Shown one piece after another: positions 48,476 to 59,759 of a DNA stretch of 64,000 nt. Every line of letters starts with the position of its first letter. Position 1 is the stretch's first letter. Source of the DNA: an uncultured Actinomycetes bacterium. Lineage in GTDB: Bacteria; Actinomycetota; Thermoleophilia; UBA2241. The notes below the pieces were generated by a model that was not told the DNA's origin, ran no database searches, and worked only from the letters and a program-made list of their open reading frames with translations. The DNA lies in contig CAVTCH010000009.1 in NCBI GenBank assembly GCA_963733255.1, forward strand, positions 29,694 through 93,693, in the 5' to 3' direction. The translations under genes and the position numbers were made by a program.

Positions 48476-48849
48476 TCGACACGACCGACGTCGAGCACTG
48501 GCTCGAGCGCTATCGCGCCGCCTGGCTGTCCGACGAGCCCGCGCAGATCGCGGCTCTCTTCACCGACGACGTGCGCTACTTCACCGCGCCGTACCGTGAG
48601 CCGCTCGTCGGCATCGAGGCGGTGACCGCCTTCTGGCTCGCGCAGGGCGAGTCGCTCCTGCCCTGGACGTTCGAGTACGAGGTCGTCGCCCGCGAGGGCG
48701 ACCTGCACGTGGTGCGGGCCGTCACGCGCTATCCCGAAGGGATGAGCGACGAGCCGGAGCCGGTGGTGTTCCACAACCTCTGGCTGATGACGCTCACAGG
48801 CGACGGCCGCGTCCGCGAGTTCGTCGAGTACTTCATGCAGGTGGAGTGA
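48472..48849 (+). CDS. NTF2/SnoaL-like small protein
   Basis: 125 aa; ATG overlaps the upstream stop (ATGA). Confidence 0.6.
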   Translation: MIDTTDVEHWLERYRAAWLSDEPAQIAALFTDDVRYFTAPYREPLVGIEAVTAFWLAQGESLLPWTFEYEVVAREGDLHVVRAVTRYPEGMSDEPEPVVFHNLWLMTLTGDGRVREFVEYFMQVE

Positions 48850-48907
48850 GCGGCGGCGCCGCCCGACCGGTCGGGCGGCGCCACTCGGACCGGGCCGCTG
48901 CCCGGAC

Positions 48908-49306
48908 TTACATCTGCGGCGGCTTGTGCACGCCGATGCGGTTGCCTTCCGAGTCCTTGAACATGCCTATGGAGCCGACCATCTCGCCCATGTCGGACAC
49001 CGGCATGATCACTTCGCCGCCGGCCTCCACGGCGCGCTGGATCATCCCTTCAGGGTCGCCGTAGCTGTTCAGGTAGATGGTGCAGCCGGTCGTGCTGGGC
49101 TGGTTGTTCTGCGTCTGCGCCAGGTCGAAGCTCACCGGAAACGAGCCCGCCGGCATGTCCGCGGCGTTCTCGGGCGGCGCCTCGATGGCGATCCCCTCCA
49201 TGCCTTCGGCCTTGACGAACGTGCGCTGCAGGACGGCGCCGTAGAACTTGATGGCGCGGTCGAGATCGGTGACCGGGATGTCCGCCCAGACGATGGTGTT
49301 CTCCAT
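48908..49306 (-). CDS. VOC (glyoxalase/bleomycin-resistance) family protein
   Basis: 132 aa beta-alpha-beta-beta-beta module; AAAGGAG SD. Confidence 0.7.
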   Translation of the reverse strand: MENTIVWADIPVTDLDRAIKFYGAVLQRTFVKAEGMEGIAIEAPPENAADMPAGSFPVSFDLAQTQNNQPSTTGCTIYLNSYGDPEGMIQRAVEAGGEVIMPVSDMGEMVGSIGMFKDSEGNRIGVHKPPQM

Positions 49307-49487
49307 GGTCTGCTCCTTTTGGTGATCTGGTCTTCTGGCTCGCCGCCCTGGCGGCGACTGACGTGACAGCGGGAGCATGCCCGTGTGCCCGCGCTCACCT
49401 AACCGTGTCGGTCCGCTTCCGCTGGAGTGCCGGGGTGGGCGGTGTGGCCGGCGTTGCGGGCGGTCCGCGCTCCCAGCCTCTTCGCCC

Positions 49488-49877
49488 TCACCTGGCTTCG
49501 ACGACATACAGCCGGTTGCCGTCGGGGTCGCGCAGGCCGAACATCGGCGGCACGCCGGGCCACCGCAGGATCTCGGGGTCGACATCGACGCCGCCGGCCA
49601 GCAGGTTCGCATGGTCGGTCTCAGCGTCGGCGGTCGTGAAGCGGATGCCGGTGTCGACGCCGGCCGACGCGCCCGGGCCCGGGGGAACGAGGGCGATGGT
49701 CGTCGCGGCTCCCGCCGGCGCCACCTCGATCCAGCGCTGGCCGTCGCCGTAGGGGGCCTCCAGACGCTTCTCGAAGCCGAGCTTGCCGATGTAGAAGGCG
49801 AGCGCGCGGTCCTGGTCTGCGACGGGCACGCTCACCGTCCTTACGCCGGTGATCTGCGTACCGGTCTTTGCGGCCAT
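49488..49877 (-). CDS. VOC family protein
   Basis: 129 aa; GAAGGAGG SD. Confidence 0.7.
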   Translation of the reverse strand: MAAKTGTQITGVRTVSVPVADQDRALAFYIGKLGFEKRLEAPYGDGQRWIEVAPAGAATTIALVPPGPGASAGVDTGIRFTTADAETDHANLLAGGVDVDPEILRWPGVPPMFGLRDPDGNRLYVVEAR

Positions 49878-50211
49878 GTCGTCCTCCTTCATCGTCCTGT
49901 TCGTCAGGGCTCGCCGGGGCCGCCGGCCGGGTGCTGGGGGTGCATCATTGAGTCCGGCGCGGCGTACCCCCCGACGGTTCCCGGTGCGTCGTCGCCTCAC
50001 GCCCATTGTCCGGCGACTGCCGGCCCGCACGGCCGGCTCAGGTCGTTGCGGACATGACTGGGCAGGGTCGACCGCCGTAGACTGAGATCCCACGACAATC
50101 TGCCGTGCGACGACCGCTGTGGCGCGGGGCAGACGATGCGGTGGACGTCGCGCCGAACGACACGAACGGCATAGCGAACGATACGACGAAGGGCGACAGA
50201 AGGCGGCAGCC

Positions 50212-51261
50212 ATGACCACGAAGCGTGATGCCTGTCCGGGGTCCGGCGACCGTTCGGAGGACCTCACCTACAGGCTCGCCGAACCATCCGACGCCGACGC
50301 CGCCTCGCGCATCCTCACGGCCGCCTTGAGCGATCTGGCCGTGCGGCAGGGACGGCCGCCGTTCGCCGCGCCGGCCGACCACGCCGCGCCGTCGCTGCGC
50401 CATGTGCGCGAGACCGACGGCGGCCGCTTCTGGGTGGCCGTCTTCGACGGCCGTCCGGTGGCGTTCTGCTCCGGCTGGGAGCGCGGCGGCGAGAGCCTGC
50501 GCCTGGGCTACTGCGGCGGACTGTTCGTGTTGCCCGAGTGGCAGGGCAAGGGCGTCGGTCGCCGTCTGTTCGAGCTCGCCATGGACGGGCTGCCGGCGGC
50601 CGGCGGCATCACCGCCCTCACGTCGAGCGCCGCCAACCCGGTCTCGAACGGCCTCTACGCGCGCCACGGCATCTACCAGCTGCATGCTCTGCTGTACCTC
50701 ACCGGCCCGCTCGCGCCGTTTGCCGATGGGCGCGCGGCCGGCGGACGTGCCGCTGCCTCGCACGCGGCCGGCGAGCTGGATGCCGGCGGGCGCACGATCG
50801 GAGGGCGCACGGCCGGCGGGCTCGACACCGAGCCGCTCGACGCCGGCCGTCTCGACGAGCTGCGCGCCGTCGACGAGGCCGTGCTCGGCCTCGACCGCAC
50901 CCTCGAGCATCGCTGGTTTCTGAGCCGGGCGGAGAACCCCGGCTGGCTGTTCCGGCGTCGGGAGCGGGCGGTCGGCTATGCGTACCTCGGTGGCGATGGG
51001 ACCGAGGGCGCGAGCGCCCTCGGTCCCATCGCCACCCTGCGCCCTCAGGACCAGCCCGCCGCGCTGCGCTTCGCCCTGGCCGAGCTCGCCGCTCGAGGCG
51101 CCGCCCAGGCGACGGTGGCGCTGCCGGGCCCGAACATCGCCGCCCAGCGCCTGCTGTGGAGCGCCGGCTTCGCGTTCACCGGCGCGACGGGCCTGCTGTG
51201 CACATCGCGGCCGTTCGGCCGCTTCGACCGCTACCTGCTCGCCGGAGACTGTCTGCTGTAG
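50212..51261 (+). CDS. GNAT-family acetyltransferase with C-terminal extension domain
   Basis: WQGKGVGRRL motif A. Confidence 0.6.
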   Translation: MTTKRDACPGSGDRSEDLTYRLAEPSDADAASRILTAALSDLAVRQGRPPFAAPADHAAPSLRHVRETDGGRFWVAVFDGRPVAFCSGWERGGESLRLGYCGGLFVLPEWQGKGVGRRLFELAMDGLPAAGGITALTSSAANPVSNGLYARHGIYQLHALLYLTGPLAPFADGRAAGGRAAASHAAGELDAGGRTIGGRTAGGLDTEPLDAGRLDELRAVDEAVLGLDRTLEHRWFLSRAENPGWLFRRRERAVGYAYLGGDGTEGASALGPIATLRPQDQPAALRFALAELAARGAAQATVALPGPNIAAQRLLWSAGFAFTGATGLLCTSRPFGRFDRYLLAGDCLL

Positions 51262-51364
51262 CGGCAGATCGTGCCGCGGCCGGACTGTGTACGGTCGCGC
51301 CGTACGGGTGACACTGGGTGAACGACACCCGCGCCGCGCACCCTGCGCGAAAGGACGATGCCGC

Positions 51365-51769
51365 ATGGAATGGAAGCTCGAAGTGGTGGTCATCCCGGTC
51401 TCGGACGTGGACCGGGCCAAGCGTTTCTACAGCGAGCAGGTCGGTTTTACGCTCGACCACGACAACCGCATGGGTGAGAAGGCGCGCGTAGTACAACTCA
51501 CGCCGCCCGGCTCCGGCTGTTCGATCGCCTTTGGCACCGGTCTCGTCGAGATGCCGCCCGGATCGATGAAGGGCCTGCAGCTCGTCGTGACCGACATCGA
51601 GGCCGCCCGGGCGCAGCTCGCCGCCGGGGGCGTCGAGGTCAGTGCCGTCAAGCATTTCGAGGACGGTGTGCCGCTCGACGGACCTGCCGGCGACTGGAAC
51701 TCGTTCGTCTTCTTCAGCGATCCCGACGGCAACGGCTGGGCGGTGCAGCAGGTGCCCACTCGCGGCTGA
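51365..51769 (+). CDS. VOC family protein
   Basis: 134 aa glyoxalase-like fold (VIPVSDVDRAKRFY). Confidence 0.7.
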   Translation: MEWKLEVVVIPVSDVDRAKRFYSEQVGFTLDHDNRMGEKARVVQLTPPGSGCSIAFGTGLVEMPPGSMKGLQLVVTDIEAARAQLAAGGVEVSAVKHFEDGVPLDGPAGDWNSFVFFSDPDGNGWAVQQVPTRG

Positions 51770-51902
51770 CGGTCGCGAGCGGCGAGTGGCGAGCGGCGGT
51801 CGCGGTCGGAGGCGGCGCACCTACGGCGGCGGCGCACTTGCGCCGGATCGCGACGGCGGTCGCGCTATGCGGCGCCGATCGAATCGGGGCCGGCAAGCGG
51901 GC

Positions 51903-51938
51903 GGGCCCGCCGCCTCGCCTGCGAGAGGCGGCGGGCCC
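51903..51938 (+). terminator. 14-bp perfect GC hairpin downstream of VOC gene (no U-tract)
   Basis: gggcccgccgcctc gcctgcga gaggcggcgggccc. Confidence 0.3.
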
Positions 51939-52094
51939 TTACAGATCCCCGGGTCGGAGGGATCTGGAGGCGAGGCGCGGGGGGACACGCCTCGGTCAGG
52001 GGGTCAGCCCTATCCTGCCTGCAGCTCTATCCTGCCCGCCGTTCATGAGGACTTCGTGAGCGTCGGCTTTGGTTTTCGCGAGTGAGTGACGCGC

Positions 52095-52271
52095 TCACCA
52101 GCGTGTGTGGTCGCGATACTCGCGCGGCTCGTTTTGGCCCGGCCGCTCGTGGTCGGTCGGCACCCGGGCGGGGGAGCGGGCCGGCATGGTGTGGCTCTTG
52201 ACGGTCGCCGCGATCGCCGCCAGCGCGGGCAGCGCGACGACGACGAGCGCCACGATGATGAAGGTGTTCAT
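52095..52271 (-). CDS. small membrane protein (58 aa)
   Basis: MNTFIIVALVVVALPALAAIAATV... preceded by GGAGGA SD; nested in a longer listed ORF. Confidence 0.35.
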   Translation of the reverse strand: MNTFIIVALVVVALPALAAIAATVKSHTMPARSPARVPTDHERPGQNEPREYRDHTRW

Positions 52272-52296
52272 GACATCCTCCGTTCGGTCGCGCCGG

Positions 52297-52962
52297 CTAG
52301 GCCGCGCCGTCGTTTTCGTTGCTGGGCGGTGTTTCGGTCTGCGGTGAAGCTTCGGTCTCGGTCTGCGGTGACGCTTGGGGCTCGGTCTGCGGTGAAGCAG
52401 GAGTCTCTGGTGACGCCGGGGTCGCCGGGCGGGTGGCGATCGGTGCGCTCGGCGGCGCCGTCGCCGGCGGCTCGCCCGGGCCGGCGCCGTGCATCTGACG
52501 GTGCCACTGCTCGAACTGTCGCCATTGCTCGTACTGTTGCCACTGCCCGTACTGCTGCCACTGCGGGTCATAGGGTCCGCCCGCGCCCGGGGCTGCACCT
52601 GGAGCCGCGGCGGAGCCTGCGACTGAGCCCGGGGCCGCGGCATAGCCTGCCGCTGCGCCGGGGCCCGTGGCGGGTACGGTGGCCGGGCGCCGGCCCGGGT
52701 TCACGAGGTAGACGATCGCCGCGCCGACGCCGCCGGCCAGAAGCAGCGCCACGAACACGCCGAGGCCGGGAAAGCCGACCTCGCGGCGCACGACGCCGTT
52801 GCCGAACACGAAGTTGCGCACCGGTGTCCGGGCACCGATCCGCACGACGCCGCGAACGCCGCCGTGGTTGAAACCGACGTGGTAGGAGACGATACCGACT
52901 GCCGCGACGAGGGCCGCGGCCAGCACGCCGATCACGATCCAGATGATGGTCTTGCGATTCAT
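52297..52962 (-). CDS. membrane protein (two TM helices) with Gln/Trp-rich segment and ASPQTE-type tandem repeats
   Basis: TM helices at the N-terminus and around residue 90; DNA tandem repeats 52330-52420 encode ASPQTEP/ASPQTET. Confidence 0.5.
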   Translation of the reverse strand: MNRKTIIWIVIGVLAAALVAAVGIVSYHVGFNHGGVRGVVRIGARTPVRNFVFGNGVVRREVGFPGLGVFVALLLAGGVGAAIVYLVNPGRRPATVPATGPGAAAGYAAAPGSVAGSAAAPGAAPGAGGPYDPQWQQYGQWQQYEQWRQFEQWHRQMHGAGPGEPPATAPPSAPIATRPATPASPETPASPQTEPQASPQTETEASPQTETPPSNENDGAA

Positions 52963-53196
52963 GCGCGCATCCTCCTCGACACCGCTCGCGGACGGCGTGA
53001 CACGACCGTCGACTACGAGTATGGCCCGCGTGCGTGAGTTTAGACTAGGAGATGGCTGTGAAACGACTGTGAGAGCCGCGCCCCTCGAGCGTGACGCCCT
53101 CTGGATCGCTGTGCTCCTGGAGCATCGCGCTCCCTGAGCTTATCGCCCTCCGGACAGCCCCGCCTTGGACGGCGACGCCTCTGTCCGCCGGTGCCC

Positions 53197-55935
<2,739 letters not shown>

Positions 55936-56016
55936 CTAGGCCGCACGGGCCGCCAACTCAACTGTCGAGCGGGCTCTGCTACGATGTCGGCCCGACCATC
56001 TCTGAGAGGAGGGCTC

Positions 56017-56520
56017 GTGCACGACCCCGTCATGGCGCGCCGCAGCATTCGCGCCTACACTGCCGAACCGGTCTCGGACGAGCACGTCGAGCGGCTGCTG
56101 CGGGCCGCGATGGCGGCGCCCTCGGCCGGCAACCAGCAGCCCTGGCGGTTCGTGGTCGTCACCGATGCCGCGACCCGCGCCCTCATCCCGACCGTGCATC
56201 CTTACGCCGCCATGGTCGAGCAGGCCCCGCTCGTGATCGTCGTCTGTGGCGTCGAAGCCGGCGCGCGCTGGCCGCAGTTCTGGGTCCAGGACTGTGCGGC
56301 GGCCACCGAGAACATCCTGATCGAAGCCGTGCAGCTCGGCCTCGGCGCCGTGTGGCTCGGCGTCTACCCGCTCGAGGAGCGGGTGACGGGGCTGCGCGGC
56401 CTGCTGGGTGTGCCCGACGACGTCACGCCGTTCGCCGTCGTGCCCGTCGGTCATCCGGTCGACCGCAAGCAGCCCGCCGACCGCTACCAGCCGGAGCACG
56501 TCCACCGCGAACGCTGGTAG
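56017..56520 (+). CDS. nitroreductase-family protein
   Basis: RRSIRAY...PSAGNQQPW motifs; GTG after GAGGAGGG. Confidence 0.75.
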   Translation: MHDPVMARRSIRAYTAEPVSDEHVERLLRAAMAAPSAGNQQPWRFVVVTDAATRALIPTVHPYAAMVEQAPLVIVVCGVEAGARWPQFWVQDCAAATENILIEAVQLGLGAVWLGVYPLEERVTGLRGLLGVPDDVTPFAVVPVGHPVDRKQPADRYQPEHVHRERW

Positions 56521-56694
56521 GGCGGCGCGCGGGACGGCGGCTTGGGCGCGCGCCGGCCGCGGGGAGCCGCGACGGATCGCACACCGCGAACGGTGGCAGG
56601 GCGAACGACGTCAGGCTCCGTTGGGGCGTGGTAAGGTCGCCTCTGCGCGGCGGGTCCGGCGACCTGCCGCCTGCCCGACGACGATCGACAAGGA

Positions 56695-57009
56695 GTGTAC
56701 GTGCCCGATTCCTGGGTCAAGGTGGCCGACGAGGGCGCGCTGGCCGACGGCCGGGCGCTGCCCGTCTACCCGCGGGGGCTCGGACTGCTGCTGGTCAAGG
56801 CCGGCGGCGACGTCTACGCGATCGCCAACCGCTGCGCGCACATGGGCTGCCCCCTCGAAGCCGGCGCCTGCGACGAGTTCATCGTCACCTGTCCTTGCCA
56901 CGACTGGCGTTTCGACGTGCGCAGCGGCGCCTTCGTGACGGCGCCCGAGATCAGCATCCCCACCTATCCCGTCCGTGTGACCTCCGGCGAGGTCTTCGTT
57001 CAGCTGTAG
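56695..57009 (+). CDS. Rieske [2Fe-2S] ferredoxin-like protein
   Basis: CAHMGCPL...CPCHDWRF; probable true start is the second GTG at 56701 (7 nt after AAGGAG). Confidence 0.75.
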   Translation: MYVPDSWVKVADEGALADGRALPVYPRGLGLLLVKAGGDVYAIANRCAHMGCPLEAGACDEFIVTCPCHDWRFDVRSGAFVTAPEISIPTYPVRVTSGEVFVQL

Positions 57010-57021
57010 CCAGGAGGCCGC

Positions 57022-57282
57022 ATGAGCGATCCGATATTCGTCTACGCGCTGAGCACCTGCCCCTGGTGTCGCAAGGCCAAGCAGTACTTCGAAGAGAAGG
57101 GCGTCGAGTTCGAGGCCGTCGACGTCGACCTGCTGCCCGACGACGAAAGCGACCGGCTGGCCGGCGAGGCCTTCGAGCTTTCGGGCTCGCGGGCCTACCC
57201 CGTGGTCAGGATCGGCGACGAGGTCGTCGTCGGCTATCTGCCGGAGCGCTTCGACGAGCTTCTGCAGGCCGGCGCCCAATGA
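57022..57282 (+). CDS. glutaredoxin-like thioredoxin-fold protein (CPWC active site)
   Basis: YALSTCPWCRKAKQYF... 86 aa. Confidence 0.7.
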   Translation: MSDPIFVYALSTCPWCRKAKQYFEEKGVEFEAVDVDLLPDDESDRLAGEAFELSGSRAYPVVRIGDEVVVGYLPERFDELLQAGAQ

Positions 57283-57617
57283 GCCACGAGGCCCGCAAAG
57301 CGGCGCTGCGCGAGTTCTACACCCCGCTCGTCACGGCGATGGGCTACAAGTTCACGCCCGACGACGATCTCGCCGACTTCCTGCTCGAACAGGAGGCCGT
57401 CCTCGAAGAGAGCAAAGGCGCGCCGTACTGCCCCTGCCAGGTCCGCACCCGCGAGCGCGAGCACGACATGAAGATCGTCTGTCCCTGCATCCCCTATCAC
57501 CGGGCCCACTTCGACGCCATGCGGCGCTGCTGGTGCGGTCTGTTCGTCCATCTCGACGTGACCGACCCCGGCATACTGCCGCAGATCGCGGCGAGCGAGC
57601 TCGGCATAGAGGAGTGA
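57279..57617 (+). CDS. ferredoxin-thioredoxin reductase catalytic-subunit-like protein (FtrC family)
   Basis: CPC...CPC...CWC cysteine pattern matches the FTR catalytic chain CPC/CPC/CHC; ATGA overlap with the upstream gene. Confidence 0.65.
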   Translation: MSHEARKAALREFYTPLVTAMGYKFTPDDDLADFLLEQEAVLEESKGAPYCPCQVRTREREHDMKIVCPCIPYHRAHFDAMRRCWCGLFVHLDVTDPGILPQIAASELGIEE

Positions 57618-57623
57618 GGCGCG

Positions 57624-58010
57624 GTGTGGACTGAGGTCGGCACGACCGGCGACATCGCCGCCGGTGGCATGAAGTTCGTCAAGCTCGGCGGCGCGCAGGG
57701 CGTGCTGTGCAACTGCGACGGCGAGTTCTACGCGGTCGGCCGGCGCTGCGGCCACATGAACGCTCCGCTCGACCAGGGCTCGCTCAGCGGCCACGTTCTC
57801 ACCTGCCCGCTGCACTTTGGCCAGTTCGACGTGCGCGACGGCGCCGTGCTCGCCTACCCGCTCGACCGCCACTTCGGCGACGAGCCGCTGCCGGCCGCCG
57901 CCCAGCGCGTGCTCGGCGTCGAGGCGCGTCTGCAGCGCAAGATCCGGGTCGACGGCCTGCGCACCTGGCCGGTCAGGGTGACCGGGGAATCGATCGAAGT
58001 CGATATCTGA
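57624..58010 (+). CDS. Rieske [2Fe-2S] ferredoxin-like protein
   Basis: CGHMNAPL...CPLHFGQF. Confidence 0.7.
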   Translation: MWTEVGTTGDIAAGGMKFVKLGGAQGVLCNCDGEFYAVGRRCGHMNAPLDQGSLSGHVLTCPLHFGQFDVRDGAVLAYPLDRHFGDEPLPAAAQRVLGVEARLQRKIRVDGLRTWPVRVTGESIEVDI

Positions 58011-58091
58011 ACACCGCGCGACGGCGCCGACAGCGCGACGTCCGGCGCACACCGAGCGACTACGAAGCAACCAATGAACAAGGAGGGATCG

Positions 58092-58685
58092 ATGCCTTTC
58101 GAACTGCCGCCCCTGCCGTGGGCCGAAGACGCGCTCGAGCCGGTCACGTCGGCGCGCACCATCAGCTTTCACTACGGCAAGCACCACCGGGCCTATGTCG
58201 ACAACCTGAACAAGCTCGTCGCGGGTACCGACCTCGACGGTCGCAGCCTCGAAGAAGTGATCGCGGCGGTGGCCGGCGACTCGGCCAAGGCGGGCGTCTT
58301 CAACAACGCCGCCCAGGTCTGGAACCACAGCTTCTTCTGGCAGTCGATGAAGCCGGGCGGCGGCGGCGCGCCGAGCGGCGCGCTGGCCGCCAGGATCGAC
58401 GCCACCTTCGGCGGGCTACCGGCCTTCGTCGAGCAGTTCAAGGCGGCCGCGGTCGGTCGCTTCGGCAGCGGCTGGGCCTGGCTTGTCGACGACGGTGGCA
58501 CGCTGAAGATCGTCACCACGGCCAACGCCGAGATGCCGGCCCCGCCGGTCAAGCCGCTGCTGACCTGCGACGTCTGGGAGCACGCCTACTATCTCGACTT
58601 CCAGAACCGTCGCCCCGACTTCGTCCAGGCCTTCTGGGACAGCCTGGTGAACTGGGACTTCGCGGCGCGCAACTTCGGCGCCTGA
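58092..58685 (+). CDS. Fe/Mn superoxide dismutase
   Basis: ISFHYGKHH, DVWEHAYYLD motifs; AAGGAGGG SD. Confidence 0.9.
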   Translation: MPFELPPLPWAEDALEPVTSARTISFHYGKHHRAYVDNLNKLVAGTDLDGRSLEEVIAAVAGDSAKAGVFNNAAQVWNHSFFWQSMKPGGGGAPSGALAARIDATFGGLPAFVEQFKAAAVGRFGSGWAWLVDDGGTLKIVTTANAEMPAPPVKPLLTCDVWEHAYYLDFQNRRPDFVQAFWDSLVNWDFAARNFGA

Positions 58686-58694
58686 GAGCCTGAC

Positions 58695-58735
58695 GGGCGG
58701 GGGCCGGCGGGCTGAAAGCCCGCCGGCCCCCGCCC
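58695..58735 (+). terminator. 19-bp perfect GC hairpin with GAAA loop downstream of SOD (no clear U-tract)
   Basis: gggcgggggccggcgggct gaaa agcccgccggcccccgccc. Confidence 0.45.
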
Positions 58736-58800
58736 GCTCTACCAACGAGAATCGCGACGGCAGGTTCGGGTAAGCTGGCCAGTACGTCTGAGCGGAGGGG

Positions 58801-59757
58801 TTGGCCATCGATCGACGGACGTCCGTGGCGGTCGAAAGAGACGAGAGTGTCGGGCGCCGGGGTCCGAGCCGTCTGGCTGCCCTGGTCGACCTGTCGCGCA
58901 CCCGGCAGGCCCTGCTGTCCGTCGCTCAGCCGGGTCTCGGAGCCGTACTCGCGCTCGGCGGACTGCCTTCGCTTCGAGTCTCGCTGGTAGGCCTGGTGGC
59001 CGCCGCGGCGGGCTTTCTCGCGGTGTTCTCGCTGAACGACGTCCTCGACAGGCGGGTCGATGCCGCCGCCTTGCGGGCGGGCAAGGGCGAGTTCGCCGGC
59101 TTCGACATCGACACGGCCTTCGAGCGCCATCCCCTCGCGCGCGGCGACCTCAGCCTGCGCTTCTCGCTGGCCTGGGTCCTGTCGCTCGCCGCGCTGTCCG
59201 CCGTGCTCGCCTTCACCCTGGCGCCGATCTGCCTGCTGCTGTTCGCGGCCGCCGTCGGCCTCGAGGTCGTCTACTGCGCCTTGCGGTCCGTGACGCCCTG
59301 GAAGACCGTCGTCTCGGGGGTCATGGTCGGCCTCGGCGGCGTGGCGGGCTGGGCGGCGGTGGCGCCGCTCTCGTGGCGTGCCCTGAGCGTGTTCGGGTTC
59401 CTCGCCCTGTGGGAGATCGGCGGCCGCAACATCGCCAACGACCTGGCCGACATCGACGCCGATCGCAGCGTGGGCGTGAAGACGGTGGCCACGGTGTACG
59501 GTCCCGCCGTCGCCGCTCGTGCCGCCTGCATCGTCGGTTTCGCGACCCTCGCCTCGACTGTGACCCTGCCCATGAGCGGCGGTCTGCTGAGCGACCTGGC
59601 GCTGGTGGCCGGCGTGTTCGTCGTCGCCTGGCCGGGAGCCAAGCTCTGGTACCGTCCGACGAGCGCCGAAGCCGCCTCGTACTTCAATGTCGCGAGCCTC
59701 TACCCGGCGGTGGTCCTGGTCGTCGCCCTGCTGCCGGCCGTGTTTGGAGCGCTCTAG
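58801..59757 (+). CDS. UbiA-family aromatic prenyltransferase (4-HB/MqnP/MenA-like)
   Basis: NDVLDRRVD first Asp-rich motif, DLADIDAD second motif, 8-9 TM; TTG start after GGAGGGG. Confidence 0.8.
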   Translation: MAIDRRTSVAVERDESVGRRGPSRLAALVDLSRTRQALLSVAQPGLGAVLALGGLPSLRVSLVGLVAAAAGFLAVFSLNDVLDRRVDAAALRAGKGEFAGFDIDTAFERHPLARGDLSLRFSLAWVLSLAALSAVLAFTLAPICLLLFAAAVGLEVVYCALRSVTPWKTVVSGVMVGLGGVAGWAAVAPLSWRALSVFGFLALWEIGGRNIANDLADIDADRSVGVKTVATVYGPAVAARAACIVGFATLASTVTLPMSGGLLSDLALVAGVFVVAWPGAKLWYRPTSAEAASYFNVASLYPAVVLVVALLPAVFGAL

Positions 59758-59759
59758 CG

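Noticed and set aside
59373-59759. N-terminal 129 codons of the listed 493-aa ORF overlapping ubiA out of frame
   Set aside because: UbiA occupies this span with clear Asp-rich motifs. The methyltransferase homology begins after the ubiA stop, so the start is placed at GTG 59760 (or 59841).
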